39,667 nt of DNA, taken from a virus. Taxonomy: Duplodnaviria; Heunggongvirae; Uroviricota; Caudoviricetes. Location of the stretch: IMG/VR virus record IMGVR_UViG_2645727555_000028, positions 1-39,667 of that record, one strand, 5' to 3'. Shown here one piece after another: positions 28,768 through 37,812 of this stretch (within the stretch, counting starts at the first letter, position 1; every line of letters starts with the position of its first letter). A model generated the notes under the pieces. The model searched no databases. It worked only from the letters and a program-made list of their open reading frames with translations, and was not told where the DNA came from. The translations under genes and the position numbers were made by a program.

Positions 28768-29705
28768 CCCCTGAATCCTGCCGGGATCTGGCTGTAGTCC
28801 ACATTGTCGTAACTGGCTTTGAAGTACGGGTCTTCGCGTTTTTCTGTGTACGTGCTGACGGACGGCGATAAGCGCAGGGAAAGCTCATCCCATTTTTCCC
28901 GCAGCTTCGACGGGCTGAGCACGTTACGGCACCAGAACGGATCGCGGCTGACGCGGCTGTACATCTCGCAGATTTGTTTGTGAGTACGACCATCCTGCAC
29001 ACACATCAGGCGAATTTCGTTTGCCCAGGCTGTCCAGTTCGGTTCTTTGGGACGAACCACCTCGCCGTCACATTCGGCAGCCTGCTCGTACAGGGCGATG
29101 ATTTTTTTCCAGAGCCACTGTGCGCAGGTCAAATCATCCTGCGTCCCCCACTGGCGCTTTTTAGGGCTGAATACAACCGCATCAGGATGGCGAGTTAAAA
29201 AATCCTGTTCATCCGTCTGCGTGTCCGGTTGCGAAGCGTCCGGACGAGAAGGTTTTTTATCTGACGGATCATGTTTTGATTTTACTGACGGATCCCCGCC
29301 AGATTCTGACGGGTGAAAACCCGCTTTTTTGCCAGATTTCGACGCATCAAATTTTGACGGGTCAGATTTTGATGCGTCAGATTTTGACGGGTCAGAATCT
29401 GACAGTTGAGAAAATGCCGCTGCCTGAAGCTTCGCAACGTTAAGCTGATAAACATTCGACGCATTGCGGTTACCCTGGCGACGCGCCTTACGCGTTAACC
29501 AGCCTTCTGCTTCCAGCCGTGCGATAGCCGTTCTGACGGTACTCATCCCCGCGCCAATCTGACGGGCAATGGTTTCAATTGATGGCCAGCACACACCTTC
29601 GTCATTACTGAAATCAGCCAGGCGGGCCATAATTGCCACGCTGGATAACTTCATGCCTGATGCAGCGCAACCATCCCATACATAGCCGGTTAATTTAGTG
29701 CTCAT
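28764..29705 (-). CDS. replication initiation protein (lambda O-like role), N-terminal HTH
   Basis: 313 aa; N-terminal HTH-like segment; central repetitive linker (DPSKSDASKSDPSKFDASKSG) encoded by iteron-like DNA repeats. Confidence 0.65.
   Translation of the reverse strand: MSTKLTGYVWDGCAASGMKLSSVAIMARLADFSNDEGVCWPSIETIARQIGAGMSTVRTAIARLEAEGWLTRKARRQGNRNASNVYQLNVAKLQAAAFSQLSDSDPSKSDASKSDPSKFDASKSGKKAGFHPSESGGDPSVKSKHDPSDKKPSRPDASQPDTQTDEQDFLTRHPDAVVFSPKKRQWGTQDDLTCAQWLWKKIIALYEQAAECDGEVVRPKEPNWTAWANEIRLMCVQDGRTHKQICEMYSRVSRDPFWCRNVLSPSKLREKWDELSLRLSPSVSTYTEKREDPYFKASYDNVDYSQIPAGFRG
29255..29407. repeat. iteron-like direct repeats inside the replication gene (candidate ori)
   Basis: consecutive units of about 15 bp: cagattttgacgggt / cagattttgatgcgt / cagattttgacgggt / cagaatctgacagtt, plus degenerate copies upstream. 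Confidence 0.5.
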
Positions 29706-29714
29706 GACCGACCT

Positions 29715-30053
29715 CTATTTCCCTGAATTTACGACGAAACTGTTCGAGCGGGCTGAAGCACTCATGCTCATAGCCTTCGCGGAGGTAGATAACCCGTTGT
29801 GTTTCCGGTTCCCAACGAATGACTCTGACGGGCACTCCGTAGTGATCTTTGAACCAGCGGTTAACTTGTCGCAAAGGACTGTCTCCTTCTGCCGGTTGAA
29901 ATCACCCACAGCCCACTCTGCAAAGCTGTGGGTTACAATTTCCCTGTCACCTGGTACATTTACTGCATAGCAATACTCCACCTTCGCTTTTCCACCCGGT
30001 ACAGGAAGCGCAATCAGTTGCGAGCGACGGTAGTGTGTTGTTAAACTGTTCAT
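29715..30053 (-). CDS. hypothetical early protein (YmfM-like by position and size)
   Basis: 112 aa; between the CII-position gene and the replication gene; stop overlaps the upstream ORF start. Confidence 0.45.
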   Translation of the reverse strand: MNSLTTHYRRSQLIALPVPGGKAKVEYCYAVNVPGDREIVTHSFAEWAVGDFNRQKETVLCDKLTAGSKITTECPSESFVGNRKHNGLSTSAKAMSMSASARSNSFVVNSGK

Positions 30054-30613
30054 GCGTTAGTTTCTCCACATACACAAAACGCCACGACGCCCGGAGCTGC
30101 ACACTCGCGGGCGTCACTCTTTTCTGGAGCGCAAAAGATTTTGTAGACCAGTGCTGCATGCTCCTGGAGCTTCGAAATTGACAGATACAACTCATCATTA
30201 ATTGCTGTCTGCTCGTGTGGCTCCACTACCCCATCTTCGATTGCCGAACGAATCTGCTTTGAGTAACTCCCGATCTGTTCGATGACTTCCAGCAGGCGCT
30301 GGTTTATATCGGCGTTCTCTACTTCCTCAATTTCAGGAAGCGATACAAACACCCCATCAGCAGACTGTGCGACAGCATCCGCAATGTAGTGAGTGCCAGC
30401 CGCGCGCTGTAAAATCATTGCCCATCCCAGCGGGAAAATCTGATCGCCATCTGCACGAAGGCGGTTGAATAAAGCGTTCTCTGTTACATCCAGCCACTCA
30501 GCAGCTTCAGCGTAACCCCCCGGCAACGCCGCGATAGTTTTTCTGACAGCTTTCACGTACCACTCAGGCTGTTTTTCTACTTTCCAGTGATGCTTACCCA
30601 CGGTTAGCCTCAT
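30050..30613 (-). CDS. early regulatory protein at the CII position (YmfL-like)
   Basis: 187 aa; first gene downstream of cro. Confidence 0.5.
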   Translation of the reverse strand: MRLTVGKHHWKVEKQPEWYVKAVRKTIAALPGGYAEAAEWLDVTENALFNRLRADGDQIFPLGWAMILQRAAGTHYIADAVAQSADGVFVSLPEIEEVENADINQRLLEVIEQIGSYSKQIRSAIEDGVVEPHEQTAINDELYLSISKLQEHAALVYKIFCAPEKSDARECAAPGVVAFCVCGETNA

Positions 30614-30644
30614 CGTTCTGTGGTTAAAAATTGAAGGTGTTCTG

Positions 30645-30845
30645 TTAATCTTTCGGATAGATATCCGGTCTTAAGTCAGATTTCGTAATTGCACCTGACG
30701 TGCATTGCTCAAGTTTTTTAGCCAGCACAAAACTGGCTTTTTTATAACCATTGAAAACCAGCCGTAAGTAGCCTGGTGTTGAGCCAACTTTTCCGGCCAA
30801 CTCGCCCTGCTGTTCTTTGGTTAAAGAGTCCCAATACGCTTTCAT
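30645..30845 (-). CDS. cro: Cro-like repressor
   Basis: 66 aa (MKAYWDSLTKEQQGELAGKVGSTPGYLRLVFNGYKK...), divergent from the CI gene across the operator region; the longer 167-aa ORF would run through the operators. Confidence 0.8.
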   Translation of the reverse strand: MKAYWDSLTKEQQGELAGKVGSTPGYLRLVFNGYKKASFVLAKKLEQCTSGAITKSDLRPDIYPKD

Positions 30846-30848
30846 ACA

Positions 30849-30919
30849 ATATGTACCTCCGATATACATATTACATGATTGAGATGAACCTTCAAGATAC
30901 TTGTACCCTATCGGTACAA
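30849..30919. promoter_or_regulatory. OR-like operator region with two palindromes
   Basis: ATATGTA-N9-TACATAT at 30849-30871 and TTGTACC-CTATC-GGTACAA at 30901-30919, between the divergent cro and CI starts. Confidence 0.6.
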
Positions 30920-30935
30920 AGGTTTTAATTTCGTT

Positions 30936-31610
30936 ATGAAAACAGTCCATGACATCCGGCGGTCTAACGCCAGAAAACTGAGAGATGGTGTTGGCGGGAA
31001 TTCTTCCTTTGCCACCATGATTGATCGCGAGCCAACCCAGACCAGCAGGTTTATGGGAGATGGTGCTACTAAAAATATCGGTGACAGCATGGCACGGCAC
31101 ATCGAAAAATGTTTCGACCTGCCTGTCGGATGGCTTGATCAAGAACACCAGACAACAAACATCACAAAAAAACCTGATGTTTCAATTACTAACAAACAAA
31201 TAACGTTAGTCCCTGTCATATCATGGGTACAGGCCGGAGCATGGAAAGAAGTTGGCTATTCTGAGGTTGATTTGAGCACAGCAGAAACTTATCCCTGCCC
31301 TGTACCCTGTGGCGAAATGACTTATATCTTGCGGGTGATTGGTGATTCAATGATTGATGAGTACCGCCCGGGAGACATGATTTTTGTAGATCCTGAAGTC
31401 CCTGCCTGCCACGGTGACGACGTTATTGCATTGATGCACGATACAGGCGAAACCACCTTTAAGCGGTTGATAGAAGATGGAACACAGCGTTACCTCAAAG
31501 CATTAAACCCAAACTGGCCTGAACCTTACATTAAGATCAACGGTAATTGCTCTATAATTGGTACAGTAATTTTCTCAGGAAAACCAAGAAGATACAAAAT
31601 AAAGGCCTAA
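30936..31610 (+). CDS. CI-type prophage repressor with C-terminal S24 (LexA-like) peptidase domain
   Basis: 224 aa; N-terminal HTH region; C-terminal VIGDSM...GD.IFVDP self-cleavage domain; e14 CohE-like. Confidence 0.85.
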   Translation: MKTVHDIRRSNARKLRDGVGGNSSFATMIDREPTQTSRFMGDGATKNIGDSMARHIEKCFDLPVGWLDQEHQTTNITKKPDVSITNKQITLVPVISWVQAGAWKEVGYSEVDLSTAETYPCPVPCGEMTYILRVIGDSMIDEYRPGDMIFVDPEVPACHGDDVIALMHDTGETTFKRLIEDGTQRYLKALNPNWPEPYIKINGNCSIIGTVIFSGKPRRYKIKA

Positions 31611-31621
31611 TCAATATTTAT

Positions 31622-31645
31622 AACCTGCTTCGGCAGGTTTTTTTA
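31622..31645 (+). terminator. intrinsic terminator downstream of the repressor gene
   Basis: acctgc-ttcg-gcaggt hairpin followed by a 7-T run. Confidence 0.7.
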
Positions 31646-31648
31646 TAC

Positions 31649-31682
31649 TTGACAATGTACCCTTGAGATACATAATGTATCT
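31649..31682 (+). promoter_or_regulatory. PL-like promoter with overlapping operator palindromes
   Basis: TTGACA at 31649-31654, CATAAT at 31671-31676; overlapping palindromes ATGTA-N9-TACAT (31655-31673) and the perfect 17-bp AGATACATAATGTATCT (31666-31682). Confidence 0.55.
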
Positions 31683-32114
31683 AAAAGAAACATGTCACAG
31701 GCAAGATTAAACAAAATTTGGTTGTAACACGGCGTATGGCACATGCGTCGTTAGCGGTCTGGGGACGTTAAAGGGGACAATCCACTCCTTGCTCGGGCAA
31801 ACAAACCAGGTAGCCGGAATGTGCAAGTCAATGATGATGCTGATAAGACGCCTAACCAGCGTGGCGATTCGGTTTGACGCCTGGGAAGAGACCAGGGTGC
31901 AACGATGAGGGCATTTATGGAACCGCGACAAAGTGTGGTGCCGTAACTGGCTAAGTGCTCTCAGCGTTGTGGTGAATGCGCAGGCTGATGCGCGAAAGAC
32001 ATTGCAGCTATTGCGGAAAAGAGCTGTTCGGCGGGGCAATTAAACGCCCGTGAGAGTCTGAAATAACCGCAAGCCGGAGATCAGCACCGGTCACCACAAC
32101 AGCCACTGCTTTGG

Positions 32115-32160
32115 CGGTACCAGTTTGTACACTTGCTTCCGGCTGGTACCGCTCTTTTTA
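32115..32160 (+). terminator. terminator-like hairpin in the early-left leader
   Basis: 10-bp perfect stem gcggtaccag/ctggtaccgc with an 18-nt loop, followed by tcttttta. Confidence 0.5.
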
Positions 32161-32296
32161 CAAAACAGAGAAGAGCATCACCGGACGACGGGCTCATAAC
32201 CCAATCCATCCGGGCGGCTGCCACCGCAGGTGTTCTTCTCTGTTTTGTGGAGAAACCAACCGACCTTGCAGGGTCGATATGATGAGGAGCAGCAAA

Positions 32297-32659
32297 ATGG
32301 CTAGCGAACGCAGTACTGATGTGCAGGCATTTATCGGGGAGCTGGACGGCGGCGTATTTGAAACCAAAATCGGCGCAGTTCTCAGTGAGGTCGCTTCCGG
32401 TGTGATGAACACGAAAACCAAAGGGAAGGTCTCACTCAATCTGGAAATCGAACCATTTGATGAGAACCGTGTGAAAATCAAACACAAACTCTCATATGTT
32501 CGCCCGACTAACCGCGGGAAAATTTCCGAAGAAGACACCACCGAAACGCCGATGTATGTCAATCGCGGTGGTCGACTGACTATTCTGCAGGAAGACCAGG
32601 GACAATTACTGACTCTTGCCGGTGAGCCTGACGGAAAACTCCGCGCAGCAGGTCATTAA
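32297..32659 (+). CDS. hypothetical early protein (first gene of the early-left operon)
   Basis: start placed at the ATG preceded by GAGGAG (MASERSTDVQ...); the longer ORF from 32111 would overlap the terminator hairpin. Confidence 0.5.
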   Translation: MASERSTDVQAFIGELDGGVFETKIGAVLSEVASGVMNTKTKGKVSLNLEIEPFDENRVKIKHKLSYVRPTNRGKISEEDTTETPMYVNRGGRLTILQEDQGQLLTLAGEPDGKLRAAGH

Positions 32660-32724
32660 TATCGTTCTTAATTAACTGATTATTTATCTCATCACTGAAT
32701 ATCTTAATATAGTGAGGACTTATT

Positions 32725-33549
32725 ATGTCTCAGAACTTAGACGCAACCGCAATTAATCAAATCCATGCCCTTATTTCTGCTCAGGGTGTTAATGAAATTA
32801 TCAGTAAGATTGGTGCCGATGCTGTGGCATTGCCTGAGAATTTCCGCATTCATGATCTGGAAAAATTTAATTTAAATCGCTTCCGTTTCCGTGGTGCGCT
32901 TTCCACTGCCAGTATCGATGACTTTACCCGTTATTCTAAAGATCTTGCAGATGAAGGCACCCGCTGCTTTATCGATGCCGATAATATGCGTGCCGTCAGT
33001 GTGCTTAACCTGGGTACTATTGATGAACCAGGTCACGCAGATAACACCGCCACTCTCAAACTGAAAAAGACAGCACCGTTCTCTGCTCTGTTGTCTGTTA
33101 ACGGCGAGCGTAACTCCCAGAAGTCACTGGCAGAATGGATTGAAGACTGGGCCGACTACCTTGTGGGCTTTGATGCTAATGGTGACGCCATTCAGGCAAC
33201 CAAAGCGGCTGCGGCGATCCGTAAAATCACAATTGAAGCGAACCAGACCGCTGATTTTGAAGACAATGACTTCAGCGGCAAACGCTCCCTGATGGAGTCT
33301 GTCGAAGCGAAAACCAAAGACATTATGCCAGTGGCATTTGAATTTAAATGCGTTCCGTTTGAAGGCCTGAAAGAACGTCCGTTTAAATTACGCCTCAGCA
33401 TTATCACTGGCGATCGTCCTGTACTGGTTCTGCGCATTATTCAGTTGGAAGCATTGCAGGAAGAAATGGCTAACGAATTTCGTGATCTGCTTGTTGAGAA
33501 ATTCAAAGACAGCAAAGTAGAAACCTTTATTGGTACTTTCACCGCCTGA
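32725..33549 (+). CDS. yfdQ: YfdQ-family (DUF2303) protein
   Basis: 274 aa; length and sequence character match my recollection of CPS-53 YfdQ. Confidence 0.55.
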   Translation: MSQNLDATAINQIHALISAQGVNEIISKIGADAVALPENFRIHDLEKFNLNRFRFRGALSTASIDDFTRYSKDLADEGTRCFIDADNMRAVSVLNLGTIDEPGHADNTATLKLKKTAPFSALLSVNGERNSQKSLAEWIEDWADYLVGFDANGDAIQATKAAAAIRKITIEANQTADFEDNDFSGKRSLMESVEAKTKDIMPVAFEFKCVPFEGLKERPFKLRLSIITGDRPVLVLRIIQLEALQEEMANEFRDLLVEKFKDSKVETFIGTFTA

Positions 33550-33677
33550 TTTCATTACTGCAAATGCCCCTGCGGGGGCATTTATGGAAACGTAATTAAC
33601 TCAATAATCGCCGGATGGTGAGAGCTTCCTTTTAGCAGAATTCAGCGCGGTGCAGCGCATATAAAGTGGAGAACGAA

Positions 33678-34214
33678 ATGTCATTTATTAAAACTTTTTC
33701 CGGGAAGCATTTTTATTATGACAGGATAAATAAAGACGACATCGTGATTAACGATATCGCAGTTTCCCTTTCAAATATCTGTCGCTTTGCAGGACATCTT
33801 TCACACTTCTACAGTGTCGCCCAGCATGCGGTGCTTTGCAGCCAGCTGGTGCCGCAGGAATTTGCTTTTGAAGCGTTAATGCATGATGCAACAGAAGCAT
33901 ATTGCCAGGACATCCCCGCGCCACTGAAACGACTTCTTCCTGACTATAAACGGATGGAAGAAAAAATAGACGCCGTAATCCGTGAGAAATACGGGTTACC
34001 TCCTGTTATGAGCACGCCAGTGAAATATGCCGATCTCATTATGCTGGCAACCGAACGCCGCGATCTCGGGCTTGATGATGGCTCTTTCTGGCCTGTACTG
34101 GAAGGCATCCCGGCAACAGAGATGCTCAAAGTTATTCCACTGTCACCAGGCCATGCCTACGGGATGTTTATGGAACGTTTTAACGAGTTATCGGAGTTAC
34201 GCAAATGCGCATGA
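33678..34214 (+). CDS. yfdR: HD-domain 5'-deoxynucleotidase, YfdR-like
   Basis: start at MSFIKTF...; H..H and D motifs (HLSHFYSVAQHAV...LMHDATEAY). Confidence 0.6.
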   Translation: MSFIKTFSGKHFYYDRINKDDIVINDIAVSLSNICRFAGHLSHFYSVAQHAVLCSQLVPQEFAFEALMHDATEAYCQDIPAPLKRLLPDYKRMEEKIDAVIREKYGLPPVMSTPVKYADLIMLATERRDLGLDDGSFWPVLEGIPATEMLKVIPLSPGHAYGMFMERFNELSELRKCA

Positions 34215-34732
34215 ATGTTTTCGAAATGGAAGGGTTTCTTCGCGGGAAATGTGTACCGCGAGATCTGAAAGTGAACGAAACAAATGCTGAGTACCTGGTA
34301 CGTAAGTTCGACGCGCTTGAAGCTAAATGCGAGACGCTGGCGGCGGAGAATGCGGGGCTGAAACACGCAATGGCCGTAACTCTTGAGCATGTGTCGGTCA
34401 CGGATGCAGGGCAGGCTGGTGTTGCTGCAATGATTATCAACGATGCCCTACACCACAGCGAAACTCCAGCTACCGATGCTTTTCTGGCTGAAATTCGTGC
34501 GGAAGCACGCAACGAGGGGATTAACTATACCGCAAGTCGTCTTGCTGCTGCTTTCAACCACGGATTTATCAATAAGTCTTTACGTGAAGTTTTCGACGTT
34601 ACGCGCATGATTCTGTCAGCGAAAGAAGAGTTGGCTAATGAACCGCACCCGATTGATGGCCTGTCCGGTGAATATGCGGAGAAATCCCTTGAAGAATGGG
34701 CGGAACAGATTCGCAAAGGAGCTGACAAGTGA
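34205..34732 (+). CDS. hypothetical early protein
   Basis: 175 aa; overlapping start and stop with neighbours. Confidence 0.45.
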   Translation: MRMNVFEMEGFLRGKCVPRDLKVNETNAEYLVRKFDALEAKCETLAAENAGLKHAMAVTLEHVSVTDAGQAGVAAMIINDALHHSETPATDAFLAEIRAEARNEGINYTASRLAAAFNHGFINKSLREVFDVTRMILSAKEELANEPHPIDGLSGEYAEKSLEEWAEQIRKGADK

Positions 34733-35139
34733 AGAAGATGATTTTTGTGGCGGCATTGCTGACCATTACCCAACAGGTGCAGGCTTCAGCAGTTATTGTG
34801 GCATCTACCGCCGCGACCACGGCTGCTGTAGCTGCTGCGAACTCTGCGAATATCGCAAACCAACAGTCACAGCGTGCTGCCAATGCATCAGCCAGTGTTC
34901 ACCCAATCGCCATTAAGACCGGCAAGAAAAATATAGGTTTCATAACATGCGGCAAACGTTCTGGCGAGGCTGTAGGTTCACTTGGATGTACGGTATATGA
35001 GGGTAGTGAGAGTAGAGAAATTCCATGGAAAACGTGGCCCGGATATGTTCTCGGCTCGAAGCTCCCTGCCAGCTATGAAGTAAACGCCGTATCGTTTGAT
35101 CACTATAACGGCGTGGCAACGGTCTATTTTGCATATTGA
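34729..35139 (+). CDS. secreted protein with signal peptide and Ala/Thr-rich low-complexity region
   Basis: N-terminus MKKMIFVAALLTITQQVQA then AVIVASTAATTAAVAAANSANIAN... Confidence 0.55.
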   Translation: MKKMIFVAALLTITQQVQASAVIVASTAATTAAVAAANSANIANQQSQRAANASASVHPIAIKTGKKNIGFITCGKRSGEAVGSLGCTVYEGSESREIPWKTWPGYVLGSKLPASYEVNAVSFDHYNGVATVYFAY

Positions 35140-35408
35140 GGCTCCGCATGAAATTCTCCAAATTTTCTGAGTTGGTGAATCGTATTTTGTCCAACAACCA
35201 CAGCCATCGTCGCGATATGGATGTAACGATCGTTGTTCATTCGCCTGGCAGCATTGGTTCAACACCCTCAGTTGAGGTTCAGTCAATTCACGCTGGTTTT
35301 GATTGGGATTCCGGGAAAGTGCTGATTTTCCCAGCACAGCCACTGACCACGCTAACACCAGAACAGATTACTGATATTACTGATAGTGTGCGCAAAGGTC
35401 AGTCCTAG
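35136..35408 (+). CDS. hypothetical protein (90 aa)
   Basis: ORF with overlapping start in the operon. Confidence 0.4.
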   Translation: MRLRMKFSKFSELVNRILSNNHSHRRDMDVTIVVHSPGSIGSTPSVEVQSIHAGFDWDSGKVLIFPAQPLTTLTPEQITDITDSVRKGQS

Positions 35409-35444
35409 CACGCATATCAGGAATACAAGAAGCATAAAGAGCAG

Positions 35445-35681
35445 TTGGAAAAATTATCGATTGAACTTGATGCTGCAAAACAGCGCATTGCAGAGTTAGA
35501 AAGTGGTTCTCAGGCACAAAAGTTAGTTGAAGCAATCATTGTTGCGATAGAAAACGAACAGGAAAGGCTTTTTGATGAAGATTACCTAATGGATTCGAAA
35601 GAATGCATTGACGTAATTCGTGAAGAAGTAAAGCGATGGAATGATTCCCGCGCCGCTGGCATTCGCATCAAAGGAGAGTGA
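35445..35681 (+). CDS. hypothetical protein (78 aa)
   Basis: acidic small ORF. Confidence 0.4.
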   Translation: MEKLSIELDAAKQRIAELESGSQAQKLVEAIIVAIENEQERLFDEDYLMDSKECIDVIREEVKRWNDSRAAGIRIKGE

Positions 35682-35682
35682 T

Positions 35683-35946
35683 ATGGCAACTTTGACAAAA
35701 AAAGAACAAGCATGGTTGAACGAATTACAGGACGTTCTTGATCGCTGTCCATCACCGAAAAAAATTGGTTTTTACACCATTGGCGATAAAAGCATTTACC
35801 TGTATGACCTGCGCCGCATGGATGAAATCATGGAGGCTCTTGATAATCGTTCGTCGATGGATTGGTGTGTTGCTGTTCATGATATGAATGCAGGGTTTGA
35901 TGAAAAGATTTTGTTCCCCTCATCAGTTGAAAGCACTGCGGGTTAA
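35683..35946 (+). CDS. hypothetical protein (87 aa)
   Basis: start placed at MATLTKK... preceded by GGAGAG; the ORF-track start 35641 lacks an RBS. Confidence 0.45.
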   Translation: MATLTKKEQAWLNELQDVLDRCPSPKKIGFYTIGDKSIYLYDLRRMDEIMEALDNRSSMDWCVAVHDMNAGFDEKILFPSSVESTAG

Positions 35947-35956
35947 GGAGTAACAC

Positions 35957-36505
35957 ATGACCACTATTACCAAAGAACGTATTGAATTGTTCATTAAAAA
36001 TCCGCTTGAAAACGGGCTTACCCGTGGTGAACAAATGGAACTGGCACGGATTGCGCTGGCATCGCTGGAAGCAGAGCCTATAAGCCAAACTTACAACTTG
36101 CCAGAATTAATCGAAGGCATGGAAGTTTCCATTGATGTAAGCACTTGTGATGCTGATTTAGGTAATCGCTATTTCGGCACCGTCACCGAGGCGTTAGAAC
36201 TTGATACAGCCAAGAATGGTTACATCCTCCTGGTTCAGGACGCAGAGCCAAACTTCGATGTAAATGGCAACTCTCCGGGAACTCCGGATAGTTGGATAAT
36301 CTGTAGTGATCGAATGCCTGAAAAGGGCCAGAACGTGCTTATTTCGGTGAATTTCGATAGCTCTCTGGTTGAACCGCTAATATGCTCCGCACGCTATACC
36401 GGAAGCACCTTTCGGCGCGGAGATGCAACGATTAAGCCGGGTAATGGTATTGAGCAAGCAACTCACTGGATGCCGCTACCGGAACCGCCGCAGGAGGTGA
36501 AGTGA
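35957..36505 (+). CDS. DUF551-domain protein
   Basis: 182 aa; C-terminal ...THWMPLPEPP typical of lambdoid DUF551 proteins. Confidence 0.6.
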   Translation: MTTITKERIELFIKNPLENGLTRGEQMELARIALASLEAEPISQTYNLPELIEGMEVSIDVSTCDADLGNRYFGTVTEALELDTAKNGYILLVQDAEPNFDVNGNSPGTPDSWIICSDRMPEKGQNVLISVNFDSSLVEPLICSARYTGSTFRRGDATIKPGNGIEQATHWMPLPEPPQEVK

Positions 36506-37077
36506 TGAACAACTTAATGATCGACCTTGAGACGATGGGGAAAAATAAGGATGCACCGATCGTTTCCATTGGCGCGGTGTTCTTCACTCCAGAAACCGGA
36601 GACATCGGACAAGAATTCTATACGGTTGTTAGCCTGGAAAGTGCTATGGGGCAAGGAGCTACACCTGACGGCGATACCATCCTGTGGTGGTTGAAACAAA
36701 GCCCTGAAGCACGAGCTGCAATCTGTATTGATGATACTTTGTCGATCAGCGATGCTCTCTCAGAACTAAATCATTTCATTAACCGGCACGCAGCCAATAC
36801 GAAATATTTAAAAGTCTGGGGTAACGGGGCCACCTTCGACAACGTAATTTTACGTGGAGCTTATGAGCGAGCAGGACAAATCTGCCCGTGGGCATACTGG
36901 AATGACCACGATGTACGCACGATCGTTACGCTTGGGCGTTCCATCGGATTCGACCCAAAAATGGACATGCCTTTCGATGGCGAACGGCACAACGCCCTGG
37001 CTGATGCCCGTCATCAGGCAAAATATGTTTCCGCTATCTGGCAGAAATTAATTCCTGCCACCAGCACAGAATTATGA
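36502..37077 (+). CDS. 3'-5' exonuclease (DnaQ-like fold)
   Basis: 191 aa; N-terminal MIDLETMG acidic motif, conserved H/D near the C-terminus. Confidence 0.65.
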   Translation: MMNNLMIDLETMGKNKDAPIVSIGAVFFTPETGDIGQEFYTVVSLESAMGQGATPDGDTILWWLKQSPEARAAICIDDTLSISDALSELNHFINRHAANTKYLKVWGNGATFDNVILRGAYERAGQICPWAYWNDHDVRTIVTLGRSIGFDPKMDMPFDGERHNALADARHQAKYVSAIWQKLIPATSTEL

Positions 37078-37113
37078 TTTTCCCGGGTGCAGCCGGTTTT
37101 GATGGAGAAAATT

Positions 37114-37395
37114 ATGAACACCTTGTTTTTACTGATGGCTGAATTCAATACCCCTAACATTGAACTCTCAGCAGTTAGCCAAAAGTACTTTGGCATGAGT
37201 CCAGCCACGGCAGAAGCAAAAGCAAACGCTTGTAAGTTGCCAGTTCCAACATATCGCATCGGCACATCACAAAAAGCAAAACGTTGCATCAATATTCAGG
37301 ATCTTGCGGAATACATAGACAAAAGACGAGAAGAAGGACGTATCGAGTGGGAACAGGTCAGAACAGGCAAACAGAAGGGCAAAGAACATCACTAA
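37114..37395 (+). CDS. PrtN / excisionase-like small DNA-binding protein
   Basis: start at MNTLFLLMAEF... with GGAGAA RBS; position at the end of the early-left operon. Confidence 0.5.
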   Translation: MNTLFLLMAEFNTPNIELSAVSQKYFGMSPATAEAKANACKLPVPTYRIGTSQKAKRCINIQDLAEYIDKRREEGRIEWEQVRTGKQKGKEHH

Positions 37396-37425
37396 AGAAA
37401 AAACCCGCCTAAAGGCGGGTTTTCA
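37396..37425. terminator. bidirectional intrinsic terminator
   Basis: gaaaaaa-cccgcc-taaa-ggcggg-ttttc: GC stem flanked by an A-run and a T-run. Confidence 0.8.
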
Positions 37426-37442
37426 AAAAGCACCAGCTATGA

Positions 37443-37616
37443 TCATGCTGCTTTGCGACGACGAAGCTTACCCTGCTGCTCTTTACCAGAGACAGTAGCG
37501 TGAGTGAACGCATTAGGAGCAGCCTTCATCAGAACTTCAACAGCAGCACCCATACCTGCGAATGCTTTCATTGTGTCGAACTTAACCTGTGGCTTGGTTG
37601 CTTTTTGATCTTTCAT
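37443..37616 (-). CDS. small Lys/Ala-rich protein (57 aa)
   Basis: hand-translated MKDQKATKPQVKFDTMKAFAGMGAAVEVLMKAAPNAFTHATVSGKEQQGKLRRRKAA; GGGAG RBS; ends at the bidirectional terminator. Confidence 0.5.
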   Translation of the reverse strand: MKDQKATKPQVKFDTMKAFAGMGAAVEVLMKAAPNAFTHATVSGKEQQGKLRRRKAA

Positions 37617-37812
37617 AGAAAACTCCCGAGACAGTAAAGGCGTCTCTAACCCTCTCTTTAAAGCTAGCTTGTTTCGCTAACTTATGCCAATCGATCATGT
37701 CGATTGGTGACATCGTTTCTTAGTAGTTTAAGCACAAAACGACTGCCATAGATGTACCTTTAAGGTAATCTGGACGGGTATCCTACAATTTGTAGCCCCT
37801 TCTCGTCTATAC

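Noticed and set aside
30645-31148. 167-aa minus-strand ORF extending the cro frame across the operator region into the CI gene
   Set aside because: The N-terminal extension runs through the divergent promoter/operator region and overlaps the CI coding sequence; the C-terminal 66 aa alone form a Cro-like protein with its own ATG
31707-32039. 110-aa minus-strand ORF in the repressor-distal leader
   Set aside because: Arg/Ser-rich low-complexity translation, no RBS, antisense to the expected PL transcript; treated as a chance ORF in GC-rich non-coding sequence
32111-32296. N-terminal extension of the first early-left ORF (ORF track 32111-32659)
   Set aside because: The extension would be translated through the terminator-like hairpin and the long inverted repeat; a GAGGAG-preceded ATG at 32297 is a better start
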